Assembly: GCA_937892755.1 (NCBI GenBank)
Contig: CALBHT010000086.1
Location: 11 to 64,010, forward strand
Length of the DNA stretch: 64,000 nucleotides
Direction: 5' to 3'
Source of the DNA: an uncultured Bacillales bacterium
GTDB lineage: Bacteria > Bacillota_I > Bacilli_A > RFN20 > CAG-826
The notes below the pieces were generated by a model. The model searched no databases. It was given only the letters and a program-made list of their open reading frames with translations, and was not told the origin of the DNA. This document shows positions 38,886-48,375 of this stretch, in pieces. The first letter of the stretch is position 1. Each line of letters opens with the position of its first letter. The position numbers and the translations under genes are program-made.

Positions 38886-40256
38886 ATGATTATCACCATG
38901 ATGAAAAAGAAAATATTGTTTTTGCTGCTATCTCCCGCCTTGCTCCTTACTTCTTGTGGAGGAAATGAGACGTCCACTATTTTTTCAAACTCTTCGGGCT
39001 ACCTCACTTCACTTCCTAGCGATTACAACGCTTCAGTGAAGAATTACCTAAAAGCATTGAAAGCGGTGCGGAATTATTCCATTGCCGAAGTTGTTTCTTC
39101 CTCTCAGACAAGCGCCATCAATTTCATTCAGATTTCCTACACGGAAAATGCTTTTTATTACTCTTTTGGCGAAAATAGTTATGGATATATCGCCGCCAAA
39201 GAAGGCGTATATGGCGTCTCTTTAAAACATGACGAACTCATCGGAAGCGAACTTTTGTTCGATGAGAAGAATAAGCCTTATCAGTCTTTTTGGAATAGTG
39301 ATCTCGTAACGAGCTTCGCTTCCTTCGATGATGAGCAAATCAATTCTTTGGAAGATGGCGTGAAAGCCGATATCAAAGGGAAGAAAAACAAGGTCGCTTT
39401 GCTTTCGATGCTTGGCCTAGGCACCAATTACTACGCCTCTATCAATAAGCTCACCGGTTCCATCACCAAATCGGGAAAACTGCTCATTACGTTAAGCGTC
39501 AGCAATGCGAGTGCTGGCACCATCACCATTGAGGCAACCGTGGATTCGCTACTAGAAACCACGATTCCAGAAATTAACGATTATTTATCTAGTGGCGGCA
39601 CTTACTACACCGTGGATGAAGATTTATCGAAAGCGCGCACCATCATGCGCAATAATAACTACACGCATTATTACTATGAAGGAAATAGAAAAGTAGGAAC
39701 GGAATATTTCCACCAAGATTATTATTTCGTCAATTGGGACAGTGCATATGTCGCGAGTAGTGGCCAAATTCTTCTTAGTCAAGGGCTTATCGGCATCGAT
39801 CACAAAAAAGACCCAAATAACGGCGCTTTGCTCAATGGCAGTTATTTGGTGAGCATGAATGGAAACACACTGCAAATATCTTTATCCGCCCCCTATAACA
39901 ATGATCCCGATATTCCTTCGGTTTACCACTATCCAAGCTTCCTTTCTCTTTGGGACGATCTTCAATATTTCGAGGAAGATGTCATTCCTAGCGACATGGA
40001 CGCTAGTTACGTCACGGATGATGCGTTCATCATGAATGATTTTGTGACCAATTTCTCGCTTGAAAATAGCACTGCAAACGTCACATTAACAAAGTTACAT
40101 ATGGGCTTTGCCGATATTGACAATAAACAAAATAAACAAACCATCCGCTTTGAATTAGAAACCAGTGGCGGCACCCTTTCTTACGATTTTGTGAATTTCG
40201 GGAGCACAAATATCCCTGCTTTTGACCAATTTCTTTCCTCTTTGGTCGATCAATAA
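38886..40256 (+). CDS. Hypothetical surface lipoprotein. Alternative starts at 38898 or 38901.
   Basis: MMKKKILFLLLSPALLLTSCGG lipobox. No strong SD. Confidence 0.6.
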   Translation: MIITMMKKKILFLLLSPALLLTSCGGNETSTIFSNSSGYLTSLPSDYNASVKNYLKALKAVRNYSIAEVVSSSQTSAINFIQISYTENAFYYSFGENSYGYIAAKEGVYGVSLKHDELIGSELLFDEKNKPYQSFWNSDLVTSFASFDDEQINSLEDGVKADIKGKKNKVALLSMLGLGTNYYASINKLTGSITKSGKLLITLSVSNASAGTITIEATVDSLLETTIPEINDYLSSGGTYYTVDEDLSKARTIMRNNNYTHYYYEGNRKVGTEYFHQDYYFVNWDSAYVASSGQILLSQGLIGIDHKKDPNNGALLNGSYLVSMNGNTLQISLSAPYNNDPDIPSVYHYPSFLSLWDDLQYFEEDVIPSDMDASYVTDDAFIMNDFVTNFSLENSTANVTLTKLHMGFADIDNKQNKQTIRFELETSGGTLSYDFVNFGSTNIPAFDQFLSSLVDQ

Positions 40257-40284
40257 TTCTTGATTTATCGTTTTCTTCTCTCTA

Positions 40285-40318
40285 AAAGCGGATTGCTTTG
40301 CCTTCCGCTTTTTTTATA
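40285..40318 (+). terminator. Rho-independent terminator of the lipoprotein gene.
   Basis: Stem agcgga/tccgct followed by a T8 run. Confidence 0.6.
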
Positions 40319-40371
40319 AGTTACAAACAGTTATTCGAGAAGTTTTCGCTTCAAATTCTTTACCATAAATG

Positions 40372-40421
40372 CGTTTATATTTTTCGGGAATGAGATAAAA
40401 ATCTGATTTGGCGAAAAATAT
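40372..40421. repeat. Left 50-bp direct repeat flanking the AAA+ ATPase cassette.
   Basis: cgtttatatttttcgggaatgagataaaaatctgatttggcgaaaaatat is identical to the repeat at 42030-42079. Confidence 0.85.
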
Positions 40422-40462
40422 GCAATAAAACATAACCATGTATTTCCAAAATGGTGTTATAA

Positions 40463-40506
40463 TTTTCGGGAATGAGATAAAAAGTTTAATTTGCGAAAAT
40501 TATAAT
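40463..40506. repeat. Degenerate third copy of the direct repeat, with a TATAAT hexamer just upstream of the ATPase RBS.
   Basis: ttttcgggaatgagataaaaagtttaatttgcgaaaattataat. Confidence 0.6.
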
Positions 40507-40524
40507 TCGTTTTGGAGGCATGTC

Positions 40525-41973
40525 ATGCTGATTGGAAGAAAACGCGAAATTGATGAATTGAACGCTTTGTATTCGAGCGATGAAGCAGAGCTCGTGGCCC
40601 TTTATGGCAGAAGGCGTGTTGGAAAGACGTATTTGATTAATGAGACTTTTAAAGGGCGTTTTTCATTTATGCATGCAGGACTATCGCCTATCGAAGTTTC
40701 TAAAAACGGAGCAGCCAAAGCAACGAGAATGAAAGAACAACTCTTACATTTCTATCATTCGCTTCTTACGTTTGGAATGAAGCCATCGAAATGCCCAACC
40801 TCTTGGATTGAAGCCTTCTACATGCTTGAGACTCTTTTGTCTTCAAAATGCGGAGGCGAAAAGCAAGTTGTGTTCTTTGACGAAATTCAATGGATGGATA
40901 CTCCAAAGTCGGGCTTTATGACCGGTTTTGAAGCGTTTTGGAACGGATGGGCTTGCGGAAGGCACAATATTATGGTTATCGTCTGTGGCAGTTCTACTTC
41001 ATGGGTTTTGGACAAATTAATCAACAACCATGGCGGTCTTTACAATCGAGTCACAAAGCAAATTCGCTTAAATCCATTTTCGTTGTCAGAATGTGAGGAA
41101 TATCTAATCAAAAACGGATTCAATTATTCCCGGTACGACATAGTGCAAACTTATATGGTGTTCGGAGGCATCCCCTATTATTTAAAGCATCTCGATAGGA
41201 GTAAGAGTTTCGCGCAGAACATCGATGATTTGTTTTTCGAAGGCAACGCACCATTTCAAAGCGAATTCGATCGTCTGTTCCAATCCATTTTTGTCAATCC
41301 AGAAACCATGCAGGCGATTATCAAGGCGATTGGTTCGAAAAAGAGCGGATTAACGCGCCAAGAATTACTAGATTCTCTAAAAATACAGGACAGCGGTTCC
41401 TTTTCGAAATTCCTCAAAGCGCTCATGGAAGGTGGTTTTATTTTTAAATATGTTCCATTTGGTGCCCATAAACGAGAAGAACGTTTCAAACTCATTGACC
41501 CGTTTTGCCTTTTCTATATCCATTTTTACGAAAAACGAGGAAGGAAGGATAATTGGTCAAATAACATCGACTCCCAAGGCATCACCGTTTGGAGAGGAAT
41601 CGCGTTTGAAAACGTGTGTTTCAATCATATCAAACAAATTAAAAGCAAATTGGGTATTTCCGGAGTCTCCACGAATGAATCTCTTTGGCTAAAAAAAGGA
41701 GACAACAACGAGGAAGGTACGCAAATCGATTTGATTATCGATAGAAAAGATAACATTATCGATTTGTGTGAAGCAAAGTTCTGGAGTGACGAATTCGTTA
41801 TCGACAAAAATTATCATTTTTCCTTAGTTAGGCGAAAAGCAATTGTTCAAAAAAACGTTTCCAAGAAAAAGACAGTGCAAAACATTTTGATATCCACATA
41901 CGGCTTGAGAAAAAACGAATATTCTTGGGACTTTTCTTCGATAGTCACTATGGATGATCTTTTCAAAGACTGA
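40525..41973 (+). CDS. AAA+ ATPase of the COG1672 type (archaeal-ATPase-like N-domain plus a C-terminal PD-(D/E)xK / DUF234-like domain).
   Basis: LIGRKREIDELNALY...LVALYGRRRVGKTYL with a P-loop. C-terminal IDLIIDRKDNIIDLCEAKF. SD GGAGG 6 nt upstream. TGA stop. Confidence 0.8.
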   Translation: MLIGRKREIDELNALYSSDEAELVALYGRRRVGKTYLINETFKGRFSFMHAGLSPIEVSKNGAAKATRMKEQLLHFYHSLLTFGMKPSKCPTSWIEAFYMLETLLSSKCGGEKQVVFFDEIQWMDTPKSGFMTGFEAFWNGWACGRHNIMVIVCGSSTSWVLDKLINNHGGLYNRVTKQIRLNPFSLSECEEYLIKNGFNYSRYDIVQTYMVFGGIPYYLKHLDRSKSFAQNIDDLFFEGNAPFQSEFDRLFQSIFVNPETMQAIIKAIGSKKSGLTRQELLDSLKIQDSGSFSKFLKALMEGGFIFKYVPFGAHKREERFKLIDPFCLFYIHFYEKRGRKDNWSNNIDSQGITVWRGIAFENVCFNHIKQIKSKLGISGVSTNESLWLKKGDNNEEGTQIDLIIDRKDNIIDLCEAKFWSDEFVIDKNYHFSLVRRKAIVQKNVSKKKTVQNILISTYGLRKNEYSWDFSSIVTMDDLFKD

Positions 41974-42029
41974 GCCAGTATTCAGACTTTTAAAGCACAC
42001 ACCAAAGCTATTTTTATCATTTGTAGAAA

Positions 42030-42079
42030 CGTTTATATTTTTCGGGAATGAGATAAAAATCTGATTTGGCGAAAAATAT
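42030..42079. repeat. Right 50-bp direct repeat flanking the AAA+ ATPase cassette.
   Basis: Identical to 40372-40421. Confidence 0.85.
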
Positions 42080-42097
42080 AGCAAACACTGAAAGAAT

Positions 42098-42130
42098 CAA
42101 AAAAAGCCACCCCGATTACTCGTAGTGGCC
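42098..42130 (-). terminator. Terminator downstream of the 898-aa lipoprotein gene.
   Basis: Stem gccac/gtggc. An A7 run on the plus strand gives a U-tract on the minus transcript. Confidence 0.55.
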
Positions 42131-42147
42131 AATAGAACATGGCTTAA

Positions 42148-44844
42148 TTAAGCGTCAAGAGTGAACCATTCGTATTCCGCTGGACCATCTTCTTCCTCTG
42201 GATATCCGACAAGATAGTTCGTTTCTGTTTCTCCAGCGCCAGAATAAGTGCTTTCACAAGCGTAGATGCCAAGAAGCCCATAGTCCTCAAGCGTGGCCCC
42301 GCCAATCTCAAAGTCGGTCATCGTCAAGGAGTCTCCACTAGAACCGGACTTCGTCATTTCGGCGCTCGCCAAGGATAGAAGCATCGATCCGCTATCGCCA
42401 ACGCCATAGCGATAATAGAAATGATAAGTGGTACCGCTGATGGTTAATGTTCCCTTCTTGTAAGTCAATCCGTTGATTGTTTTCCCGTCCTCATCGCTGA
42501 AGGCAAGCTTAGCAGCGACAAAGGTTCCTTCCATATAGCGAGGATCGGTATCTTTGACACCATCTTTGGTGACGAAGTCATACGCGGTCCAGCTTGTCCC
42601 CACTAAAGAAGAAGGAAGCAAAGACGGGGTTCCAGGGTTGATGGTCAAAGTAATCTCGCTTTCAAGAGTTGGGTCCCCTTTATCCTTCACGATAATCGTC
42701 TCGGTCAACTTCGTATCGGTTGAAACCGCGCTCGCGTCAATGGTGAGCACATAGGCGGGGAAGGAAGCGATGGTCGAAACGGTAGGAACGACCATTCCAT
42801 CGCTCAAAGTAAGCTTGATATTCGAATTAGAGCAAGATAGCTCTGGACGAATCGCGCAATCAGCTGGGGACCCCCAAAGATACACGTTCATCCGTCTACC
42901 CGCTTTCATGGTAACCGAAGTGGAAGTAGGGACGTCGTCTTCCGTTTCATTGCCATAAGCCCAAACGTAATACCCTTTAGGAGAAGGAGCTTCATCGACG
43001 GTGACATTCGTTTTGATGGTGACATCATTCGTGGAATGATTGCCGATCGTGATTTCCGTCGTCCCTGGGGCATTCGCGGTCCATTCTAATGGGCGAGAGA
43101 CGTTTTTCCCAACGATGGAACTATCATTAGAAGCAACAATGCCGTATTCCCAACTATCTAGCGCTGTAATAGGCGCATAATCAAAATGTAACGTCGTCGT
43201 ATAACCCACGCTATCATCGTCAATTGATTTCGTATTCGGATCGCGACGCGCTTCATCGAGCACTTCCTTGAATTTGACGTGGCCCTCTTCCTTTGTTTTG
43301 TCTTTATTACTCTTCACTTTCAAATTGGAGATAGACGTGATGAAGTATGGGGCGGTATCAAAATCAATTGGCGTCGACAAAGGTTCGCCATACCCATAAG
43401 AATAAGAAGAAGATTCGATGGTTTTCCCTTCCATTCCTGGTTTTACGGACCCGCCATTAGAAGCGGCATCATTGAAATTGAAATTGCTCTCCGTGTAATA
43501 AGTCTCTTCATAAGAACCACTTTTCAAGGTGCCGTCTGCGTTGATATTGATGGTAATCGCATATTCATAGCGAGTGTGGGCATTATTGCTATCCGCGTAG
43601 TTCTTCCAGCTATTGACGGTTGTGACGAAGGAGCCATCATCGTTTTTCTTCGCATCGAATTTGCGGTCACACGCTTTGAGTTCATCCTCAATCACGTACC
43701 CGACAGAATATCCGTACTGCATCCCCATATTGATACTATGGAGCTCATGAGACGGCGTTTCGATATCGCGCGTCGCCTCGAAAAGCGTTTTCTCATAATG
43801 GGAATTGCTCACTTCGTCCACAATCGCGTATTTTCCAGAATATTTCACCGTATCGCTTAGTTTTGTCCGGTCAAAAGCATTGCCATCAGCATCGGTGCCA
43901 CTTTCGATATATTCGTCGACGACGGTGAAAACGTTATCTTTTACGGCTTTATATACGAATGCTGTTTTATCGGTGGAGATATTCTTTGCTTTGGCAATGG
44001 AGCCGTCTAAGTGCAAGTCCCAAGAATACTGAACAAGCGTCCTAGAATTCCGGTATTCGACGTGATTGAGTCCCTTCACGTTATAAGCCCCACCATCAAG
44101 TACATTTCTTCCGGCGTAAGAACCGCAGAAATAAGAACCGATTTCATCGGCGTTGGAAGGTGCTTTAAGGATACCGGTTCGATAAACGGAAATCGGTTTT
44201 TCGCCTCTCCGCAAGTCGAAAGTGACTTCATAAATCGCGTTTCCTCCTAATTCGAATTGGGTGACTTTGGAGGAAGAAACATGCACGCTATCAATATCGG
44301 CGTAACTCAAATCGAAGTCAACCGCGCCATATCCATATTGATTGCTACCGACATTGACAAGCAATTTCGTCGCGTTTTCGCAAGTGATATTCGCTTTATA
44401 CGAACCATCTTCTTGCTTAGCGAAAACCGCGGCCATATCGCCGCTTAAGGTGACATCACCAACCGCATTCAAACTTGCGGTGATGGAGACGGGGCTATCG
44501 CCCATCGCGAAGGAATAAGTGGTGTCGTTGACTTTTGTACATTCCACTTTGTTCGCGTAAAGAGCAAGGAGCACATATCCTTCATCGAGAGTGACATTCA
44601 CGATGACCGTTTCCCCTTTCTTCGCTTTCGTTTTGCTGAACGTGAGGTTGACTCCGACGCCTGTACGGTCGATAATCGCATATTCTGTCTCTGGGGTGAT
44701 GCCGCTTGTAGATGAACTCCCACCGCCTGATTCGCTTGTGCTCACGCTTTGGGATTGTTCTTTTTCTGAGGAAGCGCCATCCCCGCAACCCGCTAACAAT
44801 CCAGCGCATGCAAGAATGGTCAATAGTTTCACTGAGTTTTTCAT
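42148..44844 (-). CDS. Large hypothetical surface lipoprotein containing the shared ~90-aa repeat domain.
   Basis: Lipobox LLAGCGDG. The domain reads YAIIDRTGVGVNLTFSKTKAKKGETVIVNVT...TYSFAMGDSPVSI. Confidence 0.7.
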   Translation of the reverse strand: MKNSVKLLTILACAGLLAGCGDGASSEKEQSQSVSTSESGGGSSSTSGITPETEYAIIDRTGVGVNLTFSKTKAKKGETVIVNVTLDEGYVLLALYANKVECTKVNDTTYSFAMGDSPVSITASLNAVGDVTLSGDMAAVFAKQEDGSYKANITCENATKLLVNVGSNQYGYGAVDFDLSYADIDSVHVSSSKVTQFELGGNAIYEVTFDLRRGEKPISVYRTGILKAPSNADEIGSYFCGSYAGRNVLDGGAYNVKGLNHVEYRNSRTLVQYSWDLHLDGSIAKAKNISTDKTAFVYKAVKDNVFTVVDEYIESGTDADGNAFDRTKLSDTVKYSGKYAIVDEVSNSHYEKTLFEATRDIETPSHELHSINMGMQYGYSVGYVIEDELKACDRKFDAKKNDDGSFVTTVNSWKNYADSNNAHTRYEYAITININADGTLKSGSYEETYYTESNFNFNDAASNGGSVKPGMEGKTIESSSYSYGYGEPLSTPIDFDTAPYFITSISNLKVKSNKDKTKEEGHVKFKEVLDEARRDPNTKSIDDDSVGYTTTLHFDYAPITALDSWEYGIVASNDSSIVGKNVSRPLEWTANAPGTTEITIGNHSTNDVTIKTNVTVDEAPSPKGYYVWAYGNETEDDVPTSTSVTMKAGRRMNVYLWGSPADCAIRPELSCSNSNIKLTLSDGMVVPTVSTIASFPAYVLTIDASAVSTDTKLTETIIVKDKGDPTLESEITLTINPGTPSLLPSSLVGTSWTAYDFVTKDGVKDTDPRYMEGTFVAAKLAFSDEDGKTINGLTYKKGTLTISGTTYHFYYRYGVGDSGSMLLSLASAEMTKSGSSGDSLTMTDFEIGGATLEDYGLLGIYACESTYSGAGETETNYLVGYPEEEDGPAEYEWFTLDA

Positions 44845-44868
44845 AGAGTATTTTTCCCTTTCTTCTCA

Positions 44869-45675
44869 TTAAGCTTCCGCTTGAGGGACAAAAATCCCAA
44901 GCAAAGCATTACGCGTATGGGCATGGAGCCAATCGCCTGTGTTCCAAACCGCGAAGTAATCAAATACGAAATCGGTTAATTTCCATTCGGATACGCGATA
45001 GATATACCAATGTTCATGTTCTTCTGATATGGATGAATAAGCGCCATCGTAAGCGTAAGTGAACGCTTCGTTATTCAGCGTGACGCCGCCGGATTCGGTT
45101 CCACTAATATATCCTTTCGCCCCTTCCATGAACACAATTTCCAATTGCCCGGTAAAAGAAGCGAATTGTTTGTGACTCCCCCAGTGATCGGTGTCAATAA
45201 GAAGCGCGTCCACTTCTTCTTTGCTCATTTTCTTTTTTACTTGGATTAGCTTTCGGTAATGGATGATCGTGTCGCCATCTTCAATAATGAGATGACTTTT
45301 CCCAGCCTTATGGGTAAGAAGCGTATACGAGGTTCCAGATTCGCTTTTTTTCACAGTGAGGACATTAGGGTTGTCTGTATAGACATTAACGACGCCAGAA
45401 GAATTGTTTTTGAGTGTGAAGGAAATGCCATATTCACTATCGCTCGCTAAGGACATTCCGACGTTGATGTCCCCTAAATAACCGGAAATTGGAACGGAAA
45501 TATCCACACTGATATCGGAAAGCTCAGGAAGCTCCGTATTATCGATATCCCCGATACTGACACTAGAAGAGATTGTCTCGGCGCTTGACTCGTTATTACT
45601 CATGCCGTTTCCTTGCTCGCCACACCCCATCAATAGGAATGAAGTAACCGCAAGAAACAAGCACTTAGATTTCAT
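44869..45675 (-). CDS. Hypothetical lipoprotein with a Big_2-like segment.
   Basis: Lipobox LLMGCGEQ. VNVYTDNPNVLTVKKSESGTSYTLLTHKAGKSHLII. Confidence 0.6.
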   Translation of the reverse strand: MKSKCLFLAVTSFLLMGCGEQGNGMSNNESSAETISSSVSIGDIDNTELPELSDISVDISVPISGYLGDINVGMSLASDSEYGISFTLKNNSSGVVNVYTDNPNVLTVKKSESGTSYTLLTHKAGKSHLIIEDGDTIIHYRKLIQVKKKMSKEEVDALLIDTDHWGSHKQFASFTGQLEIVFMEGAKGYISGTESGGVTLNNEAFTYAYDGAYSSISEEHEHWYIYRVSEWKLTDFVFDYFAVWNTGDWLHAHTRNALLGIFVPQAEA

Positions 45676-45698
45676 ATTGTTAACCTCGTTTTGATCCA

Positions 45699-45737
45699 GA
45701 CAAGGAATATCCTTGTAGCCTTGTCAATATATAGACA
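45699..45737. promoter_or_regulatory. Two adjacent perfect inverted repeats, candidate operator sites, upstream of the lipoprotein operon.
   Basis: acaagga-ata-tccttgt at 45699-45715 and ttgtc-aatatata-gacaa at 45720-45737. Confidence 0.25.
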
Positions 45738-45810
45738 AAGTAAAGAATTTCAATCGTTAAATTCATTTTTTGCTTATTTCATGATTTTGCTATGGAAACG
45801 CAAAGGGATA

Positions 45811-45843
45811 AAGAGAAAACGAGTTCCCCATCTGGACTCGTTT
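45811..45843 (-). terminator. Terminator downstream of the 757-aa lipoprotein gene.
   Basis: Stem aaacgagt/actcgttt with a U-rich tail in the minus sense. Confidence 0.5.
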
Positions 45844-45855
45844 CCTTGTTACGTT

Positions 45856-48129
45856 CTATTCGGTGTACACGCTAAATTTCGCGTTTGCGAAATACATGCC
45901 AGTTGTTCCGCCTTTTAGTTGAAAATAACCAACCCCAGAACTTTTTGGAACGTAAGTAAATGTGACAGAAACGCCTTCTGTTCGCGAAGAACTATAGATT
46001 TTCCCATTGATCGTGTTCCCATTTACGACTTTATAATCGATGTCTTTTTGTTCATAGGAACCATTGAGGCATTTGCAGTCATATTTCAATTCGTTGGCAT
46101 GAAATGAAAGAATGAATTTTTCCATGGAATCATCGTCACTGCTACTCCATTGCGACCAGCCACTGAACTTATATCCGGCCCATTCAGGAAGTGCAGTAGC
46201 TTCTTTCTCACTTGTCACGACGAATGTCTTCGTTGATGCGTCAATCGTTCCATTTATCGTTTTTGAATTACTCGTTAATGTGATTTCATTCGCCGTTAAT
46301 ACATAGGCAAACGTCTCTCCATCGTAAGTGGCGCCCCCCATACCATCAAGATGAAGTGTTTTCCCGCCTTCGGTGAGATAATCGCCATATTCTTCACCTA
46401 AAAGGATGCGATTGCCGCTTCCGCCATCTCCTTGCGAGCCGACTTTTAGTAGCGAAGTGCCGTTCTTATTTACAATAAACAAGGCTTCCGCGTCGCTTAC
46501 ATACGTGCCCGCTAGCATTTCGATCTCAACGCCGAAAGAGACCGAATTTCTACCGTTTTCGCGTTTCACTAGCACATTGTCGTAAATGGCTCCATCGCGA
46601 TAAAAACAGATTACGCCATAAACGATTTCGTTTACCTTGAATTGCGTCGCTTTCACTTGGTAAAGACTATTGGTGTCATTCGCGTTTTCCTTCTTTACCG
46701 CCACATAAAGATAACTCGTCGTGTTCGCTGAACCCTCTAAATAGGTATCGCCGACAATGGCTTTCCCATCGTAAAGGAAACTTCCTGAGCTAGAAGAAAC
46801 ACCATTGGATAATTTTGCATTTCCTTCCCCTTCCTTTGCGTCCGCTTCTGAAATAAGACGTTCCTCGGTCTTCTCCCCTTTTGTCATAGAAAGAAGGCCT
46901 GAGGGCTGAACACGCAAAGAATAGCCATCAGTGAATGACGTCTTGTCCATATTTCCACCATTGGACAAATCAAGCATCAGATAATCCCCAAGGAAACCAT
47001 AATCCGCATATGCCGTAGTATCGTATTCGGTAATGGTTACCGTGAGATTTTCAAATTTCGGCGCCCGGAAATGGTAAAAGCCGTCCGCATCGTCATCAAT
47101 GGATTTGCTGATATCTTCAGTCGTGATGGTTCCGCCGTTATTTTTATAAGAATAAGCGACAGTTTTAATGGAATAACGTCCATCTACATTATTCTCTTTC
47201 GGTCTCGCTAGCACGTAAACCTCGCTATAAGGAACGACAAGATTGTCGTCAATCGTCGTCACTTTATCCTCTTTATATAGTGTCAACGAAAAATGATCGC
47301 TTTCCACTTTTGTGATGGCAATGGGCATATCTTCTTTTTCGATACGAATGGAACTATCCTTCGCCGGCATAAGGAAAGTGAAGGACATTTGCCCCTTTAA
47401 ATCGATGACTTCGCCATTCACGGAAACGCTCGTCAATAGATAATCGCCTGACGCTTGGAGTTCCACTTTTATGGTCGCACCAAATTCGGCCGTCTTATAA
47501 GTGATTTCGCTAGTCTCTTCCCCTTCTTCCGTGTCTCCACTACCTTCCGTAATGGTATCCAAATCGACAAAATCCGCCGCTCCGACTTTCTTTTGTTTAA
47601 TAGAGGCGATGAAGTCCCCCGGATCACCCGCTGTGAGCTTATAAGAAAGACGATTTGTGGTGATCGTGATGCTCACCCCACGTTTTGGCATGATAAAAGA
47701 ATAGACACCGTTTTCCCCTTTCGTCAAAACGACTTCGTTCACTCCAGCGACCGCTTTGACATCGCTAATTGCAAAACCATTCTCCGCTATCAAAGTGAAA
47801 GTGACATTCGCTCCCGCTTCATATTTATCTTCTAACCCTGATAAGCGAACGCCTTCCTCTTTCGTAACCTCGACGGAATACGTAGCCGCTTCGCGATTAG
47901 ATGAGGAAGCATTCGAACTATCTTCCGCTTTGCTAGAAGATTGAGCGATGCTAGATGAAGCCTCACTTGAAGAATTCGTAGTGCTCGTATCGCCTAAGGA
48001 GGAAACTGTAGACGCCTCGACACTACTTTCTTTGGATTCTGCTTTGCTAGTAGTAGCAGGCATCGAGCATCCGCTTAAAAGCAAAAGCGAGGATAAGGCT
48101 ACAACGAATAATTTTGATTTTTTGCACAT
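45856..48129 (-). CDS. Large hypothetical surface lipoprotein with tandem ~90-aa repeat domains.
   Basis: Lipobox LLLSGCSM. Repeats such as YSVEVTKEEGVRLSGLEDKYEAGANVTFTLIAENGFAISDVKAVAGVNEVVLTKGENGVYSFIMPKRGVSITI. Confidence 0.7.
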   Translation of the reverse strand: MCKKSKLFVVALSSLLLLSGCSMPATTSKAESKESSVEASTVSSLGDTSTTNSSSEASSSIAQSSSKAEDSSNASSSNREAATYSVEVTKEEGVRLSGLEDKYEAGANVTFTLIAENGFAISDVKAVAGVNEVVLTKGENGVYSFIMPKRGVSITITTNRLSYKLTAGDPGDFIASIKQKKVGAADFVDLDTITEGSGDTEEGEETSEITYKTAEFGATIKVELQASGDYLLTSVSVNGEVIDLKGQMSFTFLMPAKDSSIRIEKEDMPIAITKVESDHFSLTLYKEDKVTTIDDNLVVPYSEVYVLARPKENNVDGRYSIKTVAYSYKNNGGTITTEDISKSIDDDADGFYHFRAPKFENLTVTITEYDTTAYADYGFLGDYLMLDLSNGGNMDKTSFTDGYSLRVQPSGLLSMTKGEKTEERLISEADAKEGEGNAKLSNGVSSSSGSFLYDGKAIVGDTYLEGSANTTSYLYVAVKKENANDTNSLYQVKATQFKVNEIVYGVICFYRDGAIYDNVLVKRENGRNSVSFGVEIEMLAGTYVSDAEALFIVNKNGTSLLKVGSQGDGGSGNRILLGEEYGDYLTEGGKTLHLDGMGGATYDGETFAYVLTANEITLTSNSKTINGTIDASTKTFVVTSEKEATALPEWAGYKFSGWSQWSSSDDDSMEKFILSFHANELKYDCKCLNGSYEQKDIDYKVVNGNTINGKIYSSSRTEGVSVTFTYVPKSSGVGYFQLKGGTTGMYFANAKFSVYTE

Positions 48130-48375
48130 GGTGTTATCTCCCTATTGCGCTCAAACGAGTCGCATATATGGGAGAAACTAGCAAAAAAGAGAAAGACTTC
48201 AAGCATTCTTTTTGTTATTTGCCCCTAGATATCGAAAAACACAAAATAATTTGTAATTTGCAAAACTAATCATTGAAAAATAAAAGTCTTAAGACATACT
48301 TAGGCATTATTGCGCGTACACGCGTTAAATGTAACGTCAATAATCCATAAAAACAGGAGGGAAAATGTAAGGAAA

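Noticed and set aside
40372-42079. Considered whether the three copies of the 50-bp repeat form a CRISPR array.
   Set aside because: There are only three copies and the spacing is irregular (41 bp and about 1.5 kb, with a gene in between). No cas genes are present.
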